Positions 25,649-38,145 of a stretch of DNA of 63,775 bases are shown here, one piece after another (positions within the stretch are counted from its first letter, which is position 1; every line of letters starts with the position of its first letter). The translations under genes were made by a program, and so were the position numbers. The DNA comes from Chiloscyllium plagiosum. Its lineage: Eukaryota. The notes beneath the pieces are model-generated. The model worked only from the letters and a program-made list of their open reading frames with translations, made no database searches and was not told the DNA's origin. The DNA lies in NCBI RefSeq assembly GCF_004010195.1, contig NC_057720.1, forward strand, positions 29,548,350 through 29,612,124, given 5' to 3'.

Positions 25649-26530
25649 TCCTGTTCCCTAGATGCTGCCTGACCTGCTGTGCTTTTCCAGCAACACATTT
25701 CCATCACTAGAAGGATGGTTTGCATTAGTTTGCTGATTGAATCCAAATTATCTCAAGTAACAATTGATATTATCAATAACTTCAATGCTTTCAAATGAAA
25801 TACCCCGCTGTAGCCCAGACAGATGCAGTTGTTGAATAGGTTCAGGTTGGTTTACAGCCACATAATTATCAATGAGTTCCATCACTTGCCCAGTGTTGTT
25901 AAACGCCAATGTATGAAGCCAACATGATTGCCTGTCAATGAAATACAGTAGAGCTTGTCCATGTTTGTAACAACAATCCCATTTATGAAAAGCTATATTT
26001 CTATTCATTTCTGTCATGACCGCTAAGCATGTTCATCACATGGCATGTGAACTATCTTATTCTAGCTTGTTTATCCTTCTTTCAATTTACGCCATTCAAG
26101 CTAAAGGGGACTATAAGTCAAACTTTTGGTTTCAACAGGTTAAGTATTTGTTTCTTAAGAATAAAGTGAAAAAGCTATTAATTAACACATTGCAGATACC
26201 AAAATTAGAACATGCACAGATAAAAGTCCCAAGTTTCTGTGGTATACTGTTGAGGCCTGTTGTATGAGTGTTATTAAAGTCACATTCAGCAGCTGGATAG
26301 CTTCTGTAATTGAATGGTTGGCACATCTTAAATCCTAGTGCCCGAGGCAACCACATCAATCATCCATATGATTGAACTGGACATCTCCCCAACCTAAAAG
26401 CAGCCCTCATAATTATCTGCACACATGCAGTTGGCTCCATCACTTCATGCTAACTTAGCATTAAATGTTGTGCTCATTTTATGATCCAGGAAAGAACAGC
26501 AGCAATTATAACTAGACTGCAGATTTCTTT

Positions 26531-27468
26531 TAGAGTCATAGAGATGTACAGCATGGAAACAGACCCTTCGGTCCAACCCGTCCATACCCACCAGATATCC
26601 CAACCCAAACTAGTCCCACTTGCCAGCGCCCGGCCCATATCCCTCCAAATCCTTCCTATTCATATACCCATCCAAATACCTCTTAAATGTTGCAATTGTA
26701 CCAGCCTCCACCACCTCCTCTGGCAGCTCATTCCATACACGTACCACCCTCTGCATGAAAAGGTTGCCCCTTATGTCTCTTTTATATCGTTCCCCTCTCA
26801 CCCTAAACCTATGTCCTCTAGTTCTGGACTCCCCAACCCCAGGGAAAAGACTTTGCCTATTTACCCTAAACATGCCCCTCATAATTTTGTAAACTATAAG
26901 GTCACCCCTCAGCCTCCAACACTCCAGAGAAAACAGCCCCAGCCTGTTCAGCCTCTCTCCATAGCTGAAATCCTCCAACCATGCCAACATCCTTGTAAAT
27001 CTTTTCTGAACCCTTTCAAGTTTCATAACATCTTTCTGATAGGAAGGAGACCAGAATTGCACGCAATATTCCAACAGTGGCCTAACCAATGTCCTGTTCA
27101 GCTGCAACATGACCTCCCAACTCCTGTACTCAATACGCTGACCAATAAAAGAAAGCATTCCAAACACCTTCTTCACTATCCTATCTACCTGCGACTCCAC
27201 TTTCAAGGAACTATGAACCTGCACTCCAAGGTCTCTTTGTTCAGCAACACTCCCTGGGACCTTACCATTAAGTGTATAAGTCCTGCTAAGATTTGCTTTC
27301 CCAAAATGCAGCACCTTGCATTTATCTGAATTAAACTCAATCTGCCACTTCTCAGCCCATTAGGCCATCTGGTCAAGATCCTGTTGTAATCTGAGGTAAC
27401 CCTCTTCGCTGTCCACTACATCTTCAATTTTGCAAACTTACTAACTGTACCTCTTATGCTCGCATCCA
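26531..27468 (-). mobile_element. 5'-truncated CR1/HER1 LINE
   Basis: 234-aa ORF LHFGKANLSRTYTLNG...RDLGVQVH...LEYCVQFWSP...; tctatgactcta tail. Confidence 0.94.
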
Positions 27469-27867
27469 AGTAAGAGACTTTCTGGATTCAGTGAAAAGAT
27501 GGCTGATCAATTGTTCGGCAACATCACGCTGAACGAGTATAGAGACCAGGCTGTTTATTTCTTTCCTGCTTGGAATGAATTTTGGGTTAACAAAGACAGT
27601 CATTTTTCTGACATTCAATCTCTCGTACTCACAGAATGCAAAGCTCCACCTCGCAGTGAAGTTACCTGTAAACACTGTTGTTGAACGCAGTGTTGGATCC
27701 AAAAAGCTGCAAACCACCTCAACAATCTTTACATGGGGCACTACAGCAGACCTAGATTTAAAATGTGAGGATGAAAACAAGATGGCTTATTCAAATGGCA
27801 AGTGATTAGAAGGCATCATGCTTTCAGCCAAGGAGAGGTGTTCCACAAAGCAGTCAATTAGACTGCG

Positions 27868-27997
27868 CGGAAGTGGGTACTGCAGATGCTGGAGATTACA
27901 GTCAAGATTAGGTGTTGCTGGAAAAGCACAGCAGGTCAGGCAGCATCTGAGGAGCAAGAAAATCGACATTTCGGGCAAAAGCCCTTCATCAGGAATG
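27868..27997 (-). mobile_element. Penelope terminal fragment with hammerhead motif (27961-27997)
   Basis: Reverse complement CTGATGA-agggcttttgccc-GAAAtGTC, followed by the gatgctgcctgacctgctgtgcttttccagc arm and tail. Confidence 0.8.
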
Positions 27998-28039
27998 CTC
28001 CCCTTCTTGGACCTCTCCATTTCCATCAACAATTAGACT

Positions 28040-28500
28040 GCGTTTGGTCTGCCTGGTTTAGTGAAGATTGTATTGTGAGCAGTGATTTACAGCAGAATAG
28101 ATTGAATGAAATACATGTAATTGCTGAGTCACTTGGAAAGAGTGCTTGTCCTTCGTGAGTGAGGAGTTAAAAGGTTAGGTGCTACACTTACTGTGAATGC
28201 ATGGAAAAATGCCACAGAAGAGGGATGGGGTGTTGCAGAGGATAGAGGAGGAGACCAGGGTGTCATGGATGGAGCAGTCCCTTCAGAATGCTGTCAGGGA
28301 AGGAGAACAGAAGATGTGTTTGGTGGTGGCATCATGCTGGAGGTGGTGCAGATGGCAAAGGATGCACCTTTAAATACAAGGATCGGTGTGGTGAAGGATA
28401 AAGACAAGGAGAATCTTAGTGCTGGGAGGGAGCAAATGAGGTGAGGTCAAAAGTGCAGGAAGTGCATCAAACATAGTTGAGGGCCTTATACACCACGGGA
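28040..28500 (-). mobile_element. Highly decayed Penelope ORF fragment
   Basis: Loose colinearity with 38500-39000 (tggtggtggcatcatgctggaggtgg versus ctggtggtggggcccgtttgtagg). Confidence 0.45.
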
Positions 28501-28504
28501 TAGT

Positions 28505-29070
28505 GTGAAAAGGTGTTTTTCTCACATAACCCCTGCTTCATTTGAATTTCTTTTTACTTTTATGAGCAGGAACAGCTTCTACTTAACTATTCTGTCCAAC
28601 CTGCTCATGATTTTGGAAACCTCTATCAAATATTCTTTCAGCCTTCTTCTCTCCAGGTAGAAAGTCTCAAACTATCCTCATAACTGAAGTTTATCATTCT
28701 TGGGACCATTCTTGAAAATCACTTCTGCACTCTCTCCAATGCTTTCACAACCTTCACATCATGTGGTGCCCACAATTGTACACAGTACTCCAGCTGCAGT
28801 CCATCAAGTATCTTGCACAAATTAAAATAATCTCCCTGTTCTTGACTCTATGCCTCTGTTAATAAAACTAACACTATATGCTTTATTAACTGCTCTGTCC
28901 ACCTGTCCTCCTGTCCTCCCACTTTCAATAATCTGTGCATGTCACACCCAAGTCCCTCTGCTCCTGCACACCTTTAGAATTGTACCCCTTGTTTATATTG
29001 TCTTTCAATGTTTCTCTGACCCAAAATGCATTACCTCACATTTCTCCGTATTGAACCTCATCTGTATCCT
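28505..29070 (-). mobile_element. Old CR1 RT-to-C-terminus fragment
   Basis: QMRFNTEKCEVMHFGSEK; LEYCVQLWAP. Confidence 0.78.
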
Positions 29071-30298
29071 ATTAGTCGTCAAAGTAACTGTGTAAATCGG
29101 TGGGCTTGTAATGAATATTAGTAGACAGCACAGGAATTGAGATAGAGATATCAAGGAAGAGAAGGAAAGGGAAAAGTCAGAGATGGACCAAATGAAGGTG
29201 AGGGGAAAGCAGTTTGTATCATTCAATAGTTCTTCCTATTAACATGTATTAAAACTCATTGGATGATTCCAATTCCCATATAACTATTCAGTCAGTTGTC
29301 CACAAATGCACCAAATTAATGACCAAGTCCTGAATGAAAATTTATCGAACGTTTGTCAGAAATGAGGTACTACTGGCATCTGTCAGAAAACTGTGGATGT
29401 TCTCAATGTCACTGACCACTTGATGGGTGGGCCGAGCTCTTAACTGTTGGCACATACGTGAAAAATTATATTGTATTTAATTTGTATTGGCTGCACAAAA
29501 GGTTAATCATGTTTCCTGTGGAAAGGAGTTATTGGCTTGACAGGACACAGAACATTTGTTACACACTAGGGCTTGTAGTATACAACAGATGGCACGCATA
29601 GAATATTGAGTCTCAAGCTTTTATAACAAACTATATCCATAATTGTCTTCTCAGAATGTTCATTGAAGTAATTGTTTTCATATGCATTACAAACAGTAGC
29701 ATGGTCCCTTTAACACATGTCAAATATACTCCTGAGCCGTGATAAATCTTAATAGTTATTTAAAATTCATTCTCAAGATATTCAAAGACTGCGTGACTGG
29801 CTTTTTAAGAAGACACAATCCTTTAAATTTGAGCTGTAGGTCATCCAACATTAGGATACCTGCCAACATGTAAACAGCATTTCACTTCAATTTTTGCCAG
29901 TTGTTCAAATGAAATAAAACTGGGTTCAGTTACCTCACTGGGTTGAGAACCCAGGTTGGAATCAGCTAGATTTTCCTGTCATACTTCACAAATATCTAAT
30001 TCGGGAATGAACATGATGCAGAATATTGAATGGACAATATTTTGCAATATTGTTAATATGTAATTTATTTTTCAACTGTAAACCTGAAAACAAAGAATTT
30101 TTTTACATGCTGGTTAGAGGAGAGGGTTCCCATTCTATCACCTGAAGACTCAGTAGGATCATTTCATTCCCATCAATCACAACAAACCCCACCCTGAGGA
30201 GTGTTCATTGGTTGAAGGTGAGAGTATACCATGTCTCACAGGCAAGTCCTGCTCCAGAGCAACTGGCTAATCACTCTAATTGCATCAATGGAAGTAAT

Positions 30299-30507
30299 CT
30301 TCGAGGAGAAAGTGAGGGCTGCAGATGCTGGAGATCAGAGCTGAAAATGTGTTGCTGGAAAAGCGCAGCAGGTCAGGCAGCATCCAAGGAACAGGAGAAT
30401 CGACNNNNNNNNNNNNNNNNNNNNNNNNNNNNNNNNNNNNNNNNNNNNNNTCCTGTTCCTTGGATGCTGCCTGACCTGCTGCGCTTTTCCAGCAACACAT
30501 TTTCAGC
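30299..30507. mobile_element. Miniature fold-back Penelope family A element
   Basis: Perfect inverted arms on both sides of N gap 30405-30450. 14-bp TSD tcaatggaagtaat (30285-30298 / 30508-30521). Confidence 0.88.
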
Positions 30508-31921
30508 TCAATGGAAGTAATGCCAGGATTGGGACTACAGTCAGTTTCAGATTCAAAGTCTGGCACTCTGGAACTAAGGAAGGGTGGGTGGGCGTATAGC
30601 AGGTACATGAGGTTGAGGTGGAGGTTAGTGGGTGTGGGTTAGAGAGGAAGAGAGATGGTGGGGTCTTAAAATAGAATCTACGGAGAACAGGGGAGATAGC
30701 ACTCGCAAGGGACAAATATTGCTGGTGACAGGGCACCCAATGTCCAAAGGAGTCCTTGGGGAAGATGGATATCGGACCAACACCCCCCCAACCAATCCCT
30801 CCATTCCACTTTCACTCGAGGTTCAAACATCTACTGAGCTTTGTCCTTGTCCCACATTCCTCCAAACCACCTCAGAATTCAGTGTGGGACAAAGGTGGCT
30901 CTTAAAATGGTTCAATCAAGAGGAGATTGAGCAGTCTGAGGCCCACCTCACATAAAATTGTGGACAATTCTGGCTTGGGATGAGTACAGGGAGAAAAACA
31001 GCTGGAGAATTTTATGGGGTTGCTGCCTGTAAAACTACAATCAGGAAGTTATAAGGTTCTGCCAGGAATATTCTTTCTGTAAGTAATTATCAGCTAGTTC
31101 ACTGGCAACATTGTTGAAAACCATCAACAACCTTGATGGCCTTGCATACTAAGTAGCACAAAAAAACTTTTTTTTCACATGGAATAATTATCAGACTCAA
31201 AAGACATTTATCAAGAGCGTGTTAGTCACTTCAGAATTAGTCCTTGTAAATTTGTTCTTTAATTTGCACAGATGTAAAAGGTTGTTAATGGTTAGTTTAA
31301 TGAGAAAGGCTGTATGATTACAGTTATTGGCAGCTTTGATAAAAAGCCATTATCTTTGAAGCTTGCATCTGTGGGTCTGATAATGTCACTACCATATTTG
31401 TTTACAGCTGATGTTCTCACCTGAATTTCTCTTCAAAGTTTCCCCTTCCTACTTCTCTAGAAGGCATTAACTGTCTCATTTGGTGTAGTTCTGAATATAC
31501 CAAGTATCCTTTAGTAACTAATGCCTTTAGTAATGACTCCAGGGTTTTAAAAGATAGTAGACTCTCTAGGTTTGGAAGATTTTCTATCTAAGGGCCTGAA
31601 CATGTCTTTCTTTAAGACACCCAAAGTTGTTTACTTCCTATCAGACATAATGATCAGCTAGAAAAAAATGTTTGATTTTGCCTACCAAGGTTTAAGACCA
31701 TTGTGGCAAAGCTATAACACTTCCATTGCTGCCAAAGAAAGACAAAATAATTCAAGGAACTGAACGTGGCCCTGGGTCAGAAACAGAGGTTTAATCCATA
31801 GACAAACAGAGGTGTACTTTGGACAGAAAGACAGAGGAGTAGCGGCATTGAAGGAGAACTAGCACACGTTGTCCTTTCACAGAAGGTCGGCATGTCTAAA
31901 CCTTGTCACCTGTTACCCCAA

Positions 31922-32980
31922 TGTTATGATCCAAGTTGATGGTAATACTGGAAAGGTCAGATTCAAGACTGAAACTTGCTTTGATAGATCATGTGTTTAA
32001 TTTATGTCACTGGTTACCATGATTGTTTATCATTGAAATATATTCATATGAGGTTGCGGATGTTCTTTAACAATAGAACATAAGTTTATTACGCAAAAGA
32101 AAACAAATCAACAAGTTATAAATAAAATGGTTGAATATATCTTAACACAACTGCTAAACAAAGTTTTAATTTGTTTCCCAACACTATTCTTTTACAGAAA
32201 CTCAACTCTAGAGAGTTGAGTGCTCCGGTTTCCTCCCACATTCCAATTTCAACTCTTTAATTTTCATTTAACTGAATCTTTTCTGTTTCTTTTCATTGGA
32301 CGCTGTTTAATGAAATACTTCCCAACTTCTCTAAAGCCTGAATAAAGTTTTCCCATTAGACCAGGCTACTTAGGTTTTTAACCTATGTAACTACAGTACT
32401 CTGGTTGTTTCTCACTAGAATTCTGGCCTTGTGAAGTCACCGGGCTTGTAACCTTGGTTAAATTTCTTCTGGGTCTCTTGATTTCCCTTACTATGGCTGT
32501 GCATCGTGGTATCTGTCTGCTATAGTGTTGATGCTACATCTGAGCTCTAAGTACAGGCCCAAAGTTTTACTTTCCCAGCTTGCAATTCTGTGCCATTTTT
32601 GAAGATTGCCTTCGCCTCTGAGAGATTTTAACTTTACTCACAGAAGATCCAACATCTGTTTGCTCTTCTGCTGAACCCAGCTTGGGATTTATGATATAAT
32701 CCACCACCATGGAATTCATCTCTACCTGCTTAGGAGTAACGAATGCTCCTTCTACAGAAACTTGCTAACTCTCCTGCTGGGAAAGTATCAGATCTGACTG
32801 CTTTTACCATGAGGTATTCTTCCTGTAAAATCTTGTTACATGGATTTCTTCTGCAAGATTGTTAAATGTTCAACTAATACCTACTGCTGACTGTCTGAAT
32901 AAGCAGGTGAATTAAAACTAAATCTGAAGTCACTGAAAATACCTTCAGACCTCCAAAACTGCCAGCATGTTGTATTACAC
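31922..32980. mobile_element. Possible solo LTR
   Basis: Starts tgttatgatcc, the same as 59949, and could end ...attaca. No convincing TSD. Confidence 0.3.
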
Positions 32981-33099
32981 AACTAAATAAAACACACACT
33001 GCTCACCATGTTGTATATGCACTATGTGCTAAGTTTGTTGCCATAATGTTCTTTATCTGTAAGAAACCACAGGCTCTGCTTGGTCTCATGATGTAGAGC

Positions 33100-33860
33100 T
33101 ACAGGTAACATTCATGCCAGCCAAGTGCCATGTAATGTTCATCTCCAACATGAATGAATCTAAGAATTCCCCTTGACATTCATTACTGTTACCATCATTG
33201 AATCTCTAATTAATAGAGATTACCATTGAGCAGGAACTGTAATGAACTAGCTATATAAATATTGTGACTACAACAGCAGGTCAGAGTTAGGAAATTCTGA
33301 AATTAATATGCATCGCTCGACTCTCCAAAGGCTGTCCACCATCAAGTCAGGAGTGCAGTGGAATACGTTCTTGCTGGATGAGTGCAGTTCCAACAACACT
33401 CAAGATGTTTGACACAATGTAGAAAAAAGCAATTTAACTGATTAGCAACACACACATTACCTTCAACATTTACTCCCTCCAAAACTAATGCGCAGTGGCA
33501 GCAGTGTGTACCATCAGCAACATGTACTTCCACAGGTCACCAAAGCTCCTCCCACAGCACCTTTCAAATCCAACACTGGTACCACTTGGAAAGACAAGGG
33601 CAGAACGTGCATGGGAGCACCGTGGCAAGGTCAAGTCAAACATCATCCTGACATGGAACAGCATTGCTATCCTTTCACTGTCATTGGGGTAAAAAGCTAG
33701 TACAGTATTTCATTCCTAACAGCACTATGAGTGTACCTACTGCCTCCTGAACCATGAACTGCAGTAGCTCATGAAGCCAGCTCACCACCACTTTCTCAAG
33801 GCCAATTAGGTGATCGGCAATAAATGCCAGGCTCACATTGCATGAATGAATTTTTAAAAA
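33100..33860 (+). mobile_element. Old CR1/L2-class LINE 3' fragment
   Basis: caagtcaggagtgcagtggaatac (QVRS..EY) and 3' end gccagctcaccaccactttctcaaggccaattagg...tgaatgaattttt. Confidence 0.72.
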
Positions 33861-33929
33861 AGCTACAAGAAGAATGTTTAGTGAGTAATGCTATTGGTGG
33901 GAGCGAGGACAGGAAATTTCCCTTTCCAG

Positions 33930-34130
33930 TTCCATGTATCTTAACAATCACTTGAAACATTGGAACAAGTTTTATGTCTTATCCGAAAGCGACACACAGC
34001 TAGTGTTGAATCCCATCAGTTATGCACTGGAGATTTTGTCTAATTTGTAATTTGAAATCCTAACTACGCTGTTCAAAATCCCAACTTTCTTAACAAAGAA
34101 CTAAAGCTACACCAAACCGAGTCAAGCAAC
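33930..34130 (-). mobile_element. Degenerate SacSINE1/DeuSINE-like copy
   Basis: ttttatgtcttatccgaaagcgacac...tgcactggag resembles the reverse of the Deu domain. Parallels 40820-41000. Confidence 0.45.
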
Positions 34131-35029
34131 ACTTGAAAACATCAGGATAAACATCTGCTCATTTCCTTTCCTTCTTCCCCACCTCAGTTTCATTAATCTT
34201 GCATAGCATATAAATCCAGCTGCTTCAGAAGTGAAATATACTTCAACCAAACGGATGTACTACATGAAATGCACAGCAGCCTGGTTGATAAATAGATGAA
34301 ATCCACAGTGACTACAACATTAGGCTGGGAAAGACAAATTCTGGGAAAAATTGTGGAAGAGCAAGAAATATACAGCTGACAAACTGATATCTACACACTA
34401 AGTACAGCTTTGATAAACATATGAATTGTAATAACTATCTCCTATCACCCTCAATGATTTGCTACCTCATAAAAATATGTTATGACATGTGTGAGCAGTT
34501 GACCAATTTTTTGCTGGCATCAATTTCTTCCCTCACTAACAAAACTCTAAAGAACGCACATTAGTAAACACTGCGAATTGCTTCTCATTTGGCAAACTTA
34601 GCTTACACGTATCTCATAGTCAAGCCCTATATTTGCTGCACACTCTGGATCAGTGTAATCATCGACTAACATCTGGTGCTCAACTTTTATATTAAGAGCT
34701 CAAATTGGCTAAGATGTATCAAAGGAACCAATTTAAATGATAGCTTAATTTCACTGCGCAAATCAAAGGACAAATTCCGCAAAGGCATAATTTTGAATAC
34801 ATTTTGTTGTAAAAATATTTTTAAAATATTCACTGAGCTGATACCCTGCTCCCTGTATCTGCTAAAATTTATTGATTGTCTTGGATGTTGTACTCAAATG
34901 TGTCACATATCTTTCAATGTTCCCTTTTTTCAAAATGATAATTTTATTGTTCACTTGACGAAGGAGCAGAGCTCTGAAATTTTGTGATTTCAAATTTCAA
35001 ATATTTTGCCATGTGACTGCTTACAGTGA

Positions 35030-36330
35030 ATGAACAGCGATACAAGTCAGGATGGTGTACTGCTTGGAAGGGATTTTTTTGCCCTTGTTCATTTAGTTGG
35101 TAGATGTTGTGGGCTTGGAAAGTATGGTTGAAGCAGCCTTGGTGAGTTGCCTTTTTAAGTGTTGCTGGAGGCAGGAGGACGGTATTCCATCACACTCCTG
35201 GCTTGTGATTTTTCGATTGCTAACGGACTTTGGAGAAGAGTTTTTACATGACACAGAATTTCCAACCTCTCTACCTTCACTTATGGCTAGCTATTGTATA
35301 ACTGGTTCAGTTCAGTTTCTGATCAATGGGAACTCTTCCCCCTGACCAGAATGTTCATATGGAGGAATTCAAGGATAGTAATGTTTTCAGATCTTGAGAG
35401 GAGCTGGATTTCCTCTTGTTGGAGATGGTCATTGCCTGGCACTTACGAGGTATAAACATTACTGGTCTCTTATTGGCACAAGATCTGAACATTATCCAGA
35501 TGTTGCTGCATATGCTCACACAATTTCACTCCCTGGAGAGTCATAACTAACATGAAATATTGTGCAACCATCAAAGAAAATTCCCACTTCTGACATTACA
35601 ATGAAAGGAAGGTCCTTGATGTAGCAGCAGAAGAAGGTTAGCTGAGGAAACTACCCTGTGGAATGCCAGTACTGATTGATGAGGGAGCAATTATTACCAC
35701 CAGTTTTCTTTATGCCAGATATATTTGTATTAGCAGTGGGTTATATCTTGATTTCCACCAGCTTCAATTTTGTTAGGGCACTTTGACACTGTATTTGGTC
35801 AAACCATGCCTTGATATCATGGGCAGTCACGGTCACCTCATCCCTCGAGTTGAACACTTTTGTGTAAGTTGACATCAAGACTTTAATGAGAAGGCTCTTG
35901 TTCAGTAAATGGTAATTGTCAGCACCTTCAATTATCTGTTTCATTATTTTGCTGATAATTGAGCAGAAATTGTTGGAGCGCTAATTTGTCAGATTGGATT
36001 TGTCCTGTTTTCTTTTTGACATGATATATGTGGGCAATTTTCAACTTTGCCATGTTGTAGCTGTACTGGAATGACTTGGGTAGAGTTGGGGCTAGCTTGG
36101 AAGCATAGGTTTTCAGTGGGACATTGGCAGGACCCACAGCCTTTGTTCAATGAGACAATGTGGAATGACTTGTCTTGACTGGCAACTATGATATTGGGCA
36201 CTTAAGAAGGAATGGATCAACCACTCAACACTTGTAGCTACCGATGGTTTCAAATACTAAACCCTTCTTTTGCACTGATGTCCTGAGTTCCCCAATCATA
36301 GAAAATGGAGATATTTGTAAAGCTGGAGAC
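35030..36330 (-). mobile_element. Old CR1/L2-class LINE RT fragment
   Basis: AHDIKAWFDQIQCQSALTKL (LDI.AAFD.VWH motif), KLAPTLPKSFQYSY and KENRTNP. Confidence 0.75.
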
Positions 36331-36529
36331 TCATGTGCAAGGACACCCAACTTCCTCTGCATTCTGCAGACTCTCTCCAAGTAACCAGTGGAGAAGTTTG
36401 AAGTTCACTTCAAACTCCATTTGCCAAATGGTTGTCTGCACACTTCACGCAACTCAATCACTTTGTAAACTCTTCTGGGAGATTTCATTCAGCCCACAAA
36501 GCAGGAAACATTGAGTTTTAAAAAAAATA

Positions 36530-36652
36530 AGTGCAGCAGATACTGGAAATCTGAAACGGAAGTAGAAATTACTGGAGAAGGTTAGCAGGTCAGATAGCAG
36601 CAATGGAGAGAAAGCAGAGTTAACATTTTGGGTCAAGTGGCCCTTCTTCCGG
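36530..36652 (-). mobile_element. Decayed Penelope-type terminal fragment with eroded hammerhead
   Basis: Reverse complement ccggaagaagggccacttgacccaaaatgttaactc, a decayed CTGAAGA...GAAAcGTT. Confidence 0.6.
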
Positions 36653-36838
36653 ATGACAATAGACCCAGTTTCTTGTTATTAATGTCATGCGACTTAATTA
36701 GGCAGATGTGAAATCTTGACTTCCCAACAATGGTTTAAAATGCAAAGCTAAAATCATCAGCCTTTTGCAGCACATTCAACCTCACGCCAGCTTGTGGAAG
36801 ATATATACTTGCAACATAATTGATTGTCATGCATATAT

Positions 36839-37194
36839 ATTAGATTAGATTAGTTTTTTTTAGATTAGATTAGATTACATTACATTACAGTGTGGAAACA
36901 GGCCCTTCAGCCCAACAAGTCCACACCGACCCGCCGAAGCGCAACCCACCCATACCCCAACCCCTACATTTACATTTACCCCTTACCGAACACTACAGGC
37001 AATTTAGCATGGCCAATTCACCTGACCTGCACATCTTTGGACTGTGGGAGGAAACCGGAGCACCTGGAGGAAACCCATGCAGACATGGGGAGAACGTGCA
37101 AACTCCACACAGTCAGTCGCCTGAGGCGGGAATTGAACCCGGGTCTCTGGCGCTGTGAGGCAGCAGTGCTAACCACTGTGCCACCGTACCACCC
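36839..37194 (-). mobile_element. HE1-type V-SINE, full length
   Basis: Reverse complement of head, V-domain and (ttaga)n tail. Confidence 0.95.
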
Positions 37195-37199
37195 ACGGT

Positions 37200-37462
37200 G
37201 GGCGGCATGGTGGCACAGTGGTTAGCACTGCTACCTCACAGCACCAGAGACCCGGGTTCAATGTTCTCCCTGTGTCTGTGTGGGTTTCCTCCGGGTGCTC
37301 CGGTTTCCTCCCACAATCCAAAGATGTGCAGGTCAGGTGAATTGGCCATGCTAAATTGCCCGTAGTGTTAGGTAAGGGGTAAATGTAGGGGTATGGGTGG
37401 GTTACGCTTCGGCGGGTCGGTGTGGACTTGTTGGGCTGAAGGGCCTGTTTCCACATTCTAAT
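37200..37462 (+). mobile_element. HE1-type V-SINE with an internal deletion of about 36 nt
   Basis: Head, then ggttca|atgttctccc junction, V-domain and tail. Confidence 0.93.
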
Positions 37463-38145
37463 TAGCATAAAATGTTTTAAGAATTATGGCCTATGTTTAA
37501 GTTAAAGTCAGCAATGCACAACAATTTCATGACACTCAGCTCATGTTTGTTTAAAGGTGGTCAAGAAGAGATAGTCTGGTGCAGTTCTGTGTAAGCTTTC
37601 CTTGTTTAACCCTGTGACACAAGGGAGGGGTACAGGGAAAGGCCAGCTTGCATGAAGGCTCAGGTCTGGAAAGGGTGAATCTGCAATGGAGTGGGTATAG
37701 AGTGGGGTTGGGCAAGGAGGATTAGAAAAGGGAGGCAGGGTGGTCAGGGGAGGGTTAGGGGATGGAGATGTGAAATAAAATGTGTCTAGTATCTGAGTAC
37801 AGCAGGTGGGAAGGGTGATGGGTTAGTAAAGGTAGAAAAAGATTAGGGGTCTAAAGGGCAGTGTCAGTACTTTCCAAATGTATGTTAATCTTCAGCTGTT
37901 GATTGGAAGACTGCTTACGGGGCTTTGAATTTACCTACAAAGTTACCCCCACCGAAAGTCTATTTCAAAGCATACATGGGAGGGTTAGCTGAGCCCGCAA
38001 GCTCAGACATGCCCCAAAATTTAGAAAATAATACATTGGACACTGACTTGAATGTTCACTAAAAAGTGAACAAAAATAAAACACACTGTTGTAAAGTGAA
38101 AGTTTGGATAAATGTGCCGTGACTAACTTTGGCCACTTTGCAGTA

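Larger units (their letters stand above)
25101..25705. mobile_element. Non-coding fold-back Penelope family A element (inverted pseudo-LTRs)
   Basis: 216-bp inverted arms 25139-25354 / 25490-25705. 15-bp direct repeat catcactagaaggat (25086-25100 / 25702-25716). The right half matches 55182-55531, the end of the GIY-YIG ORF and the sequence downstream of it. Confidence 0.92.

Noticed and set aside
25748..26017. 89-aa minus ORF in unique DNA
   Set aside because: No recognisable domain or splice context; the length is compatible with chance.
26481..27329. 282-aa plus-strand ORF (and similar ORFs at 6918, 12959, 13524)
   Set aside because: Antisense open frame of the CR1 3' region, recurring in every copy.
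27499..27684. Protein-looking 61-aa ORF MADQLFGNITLNEY...
   Set aside because: No recognisable family, short, and no supporting exon structure on that strand.
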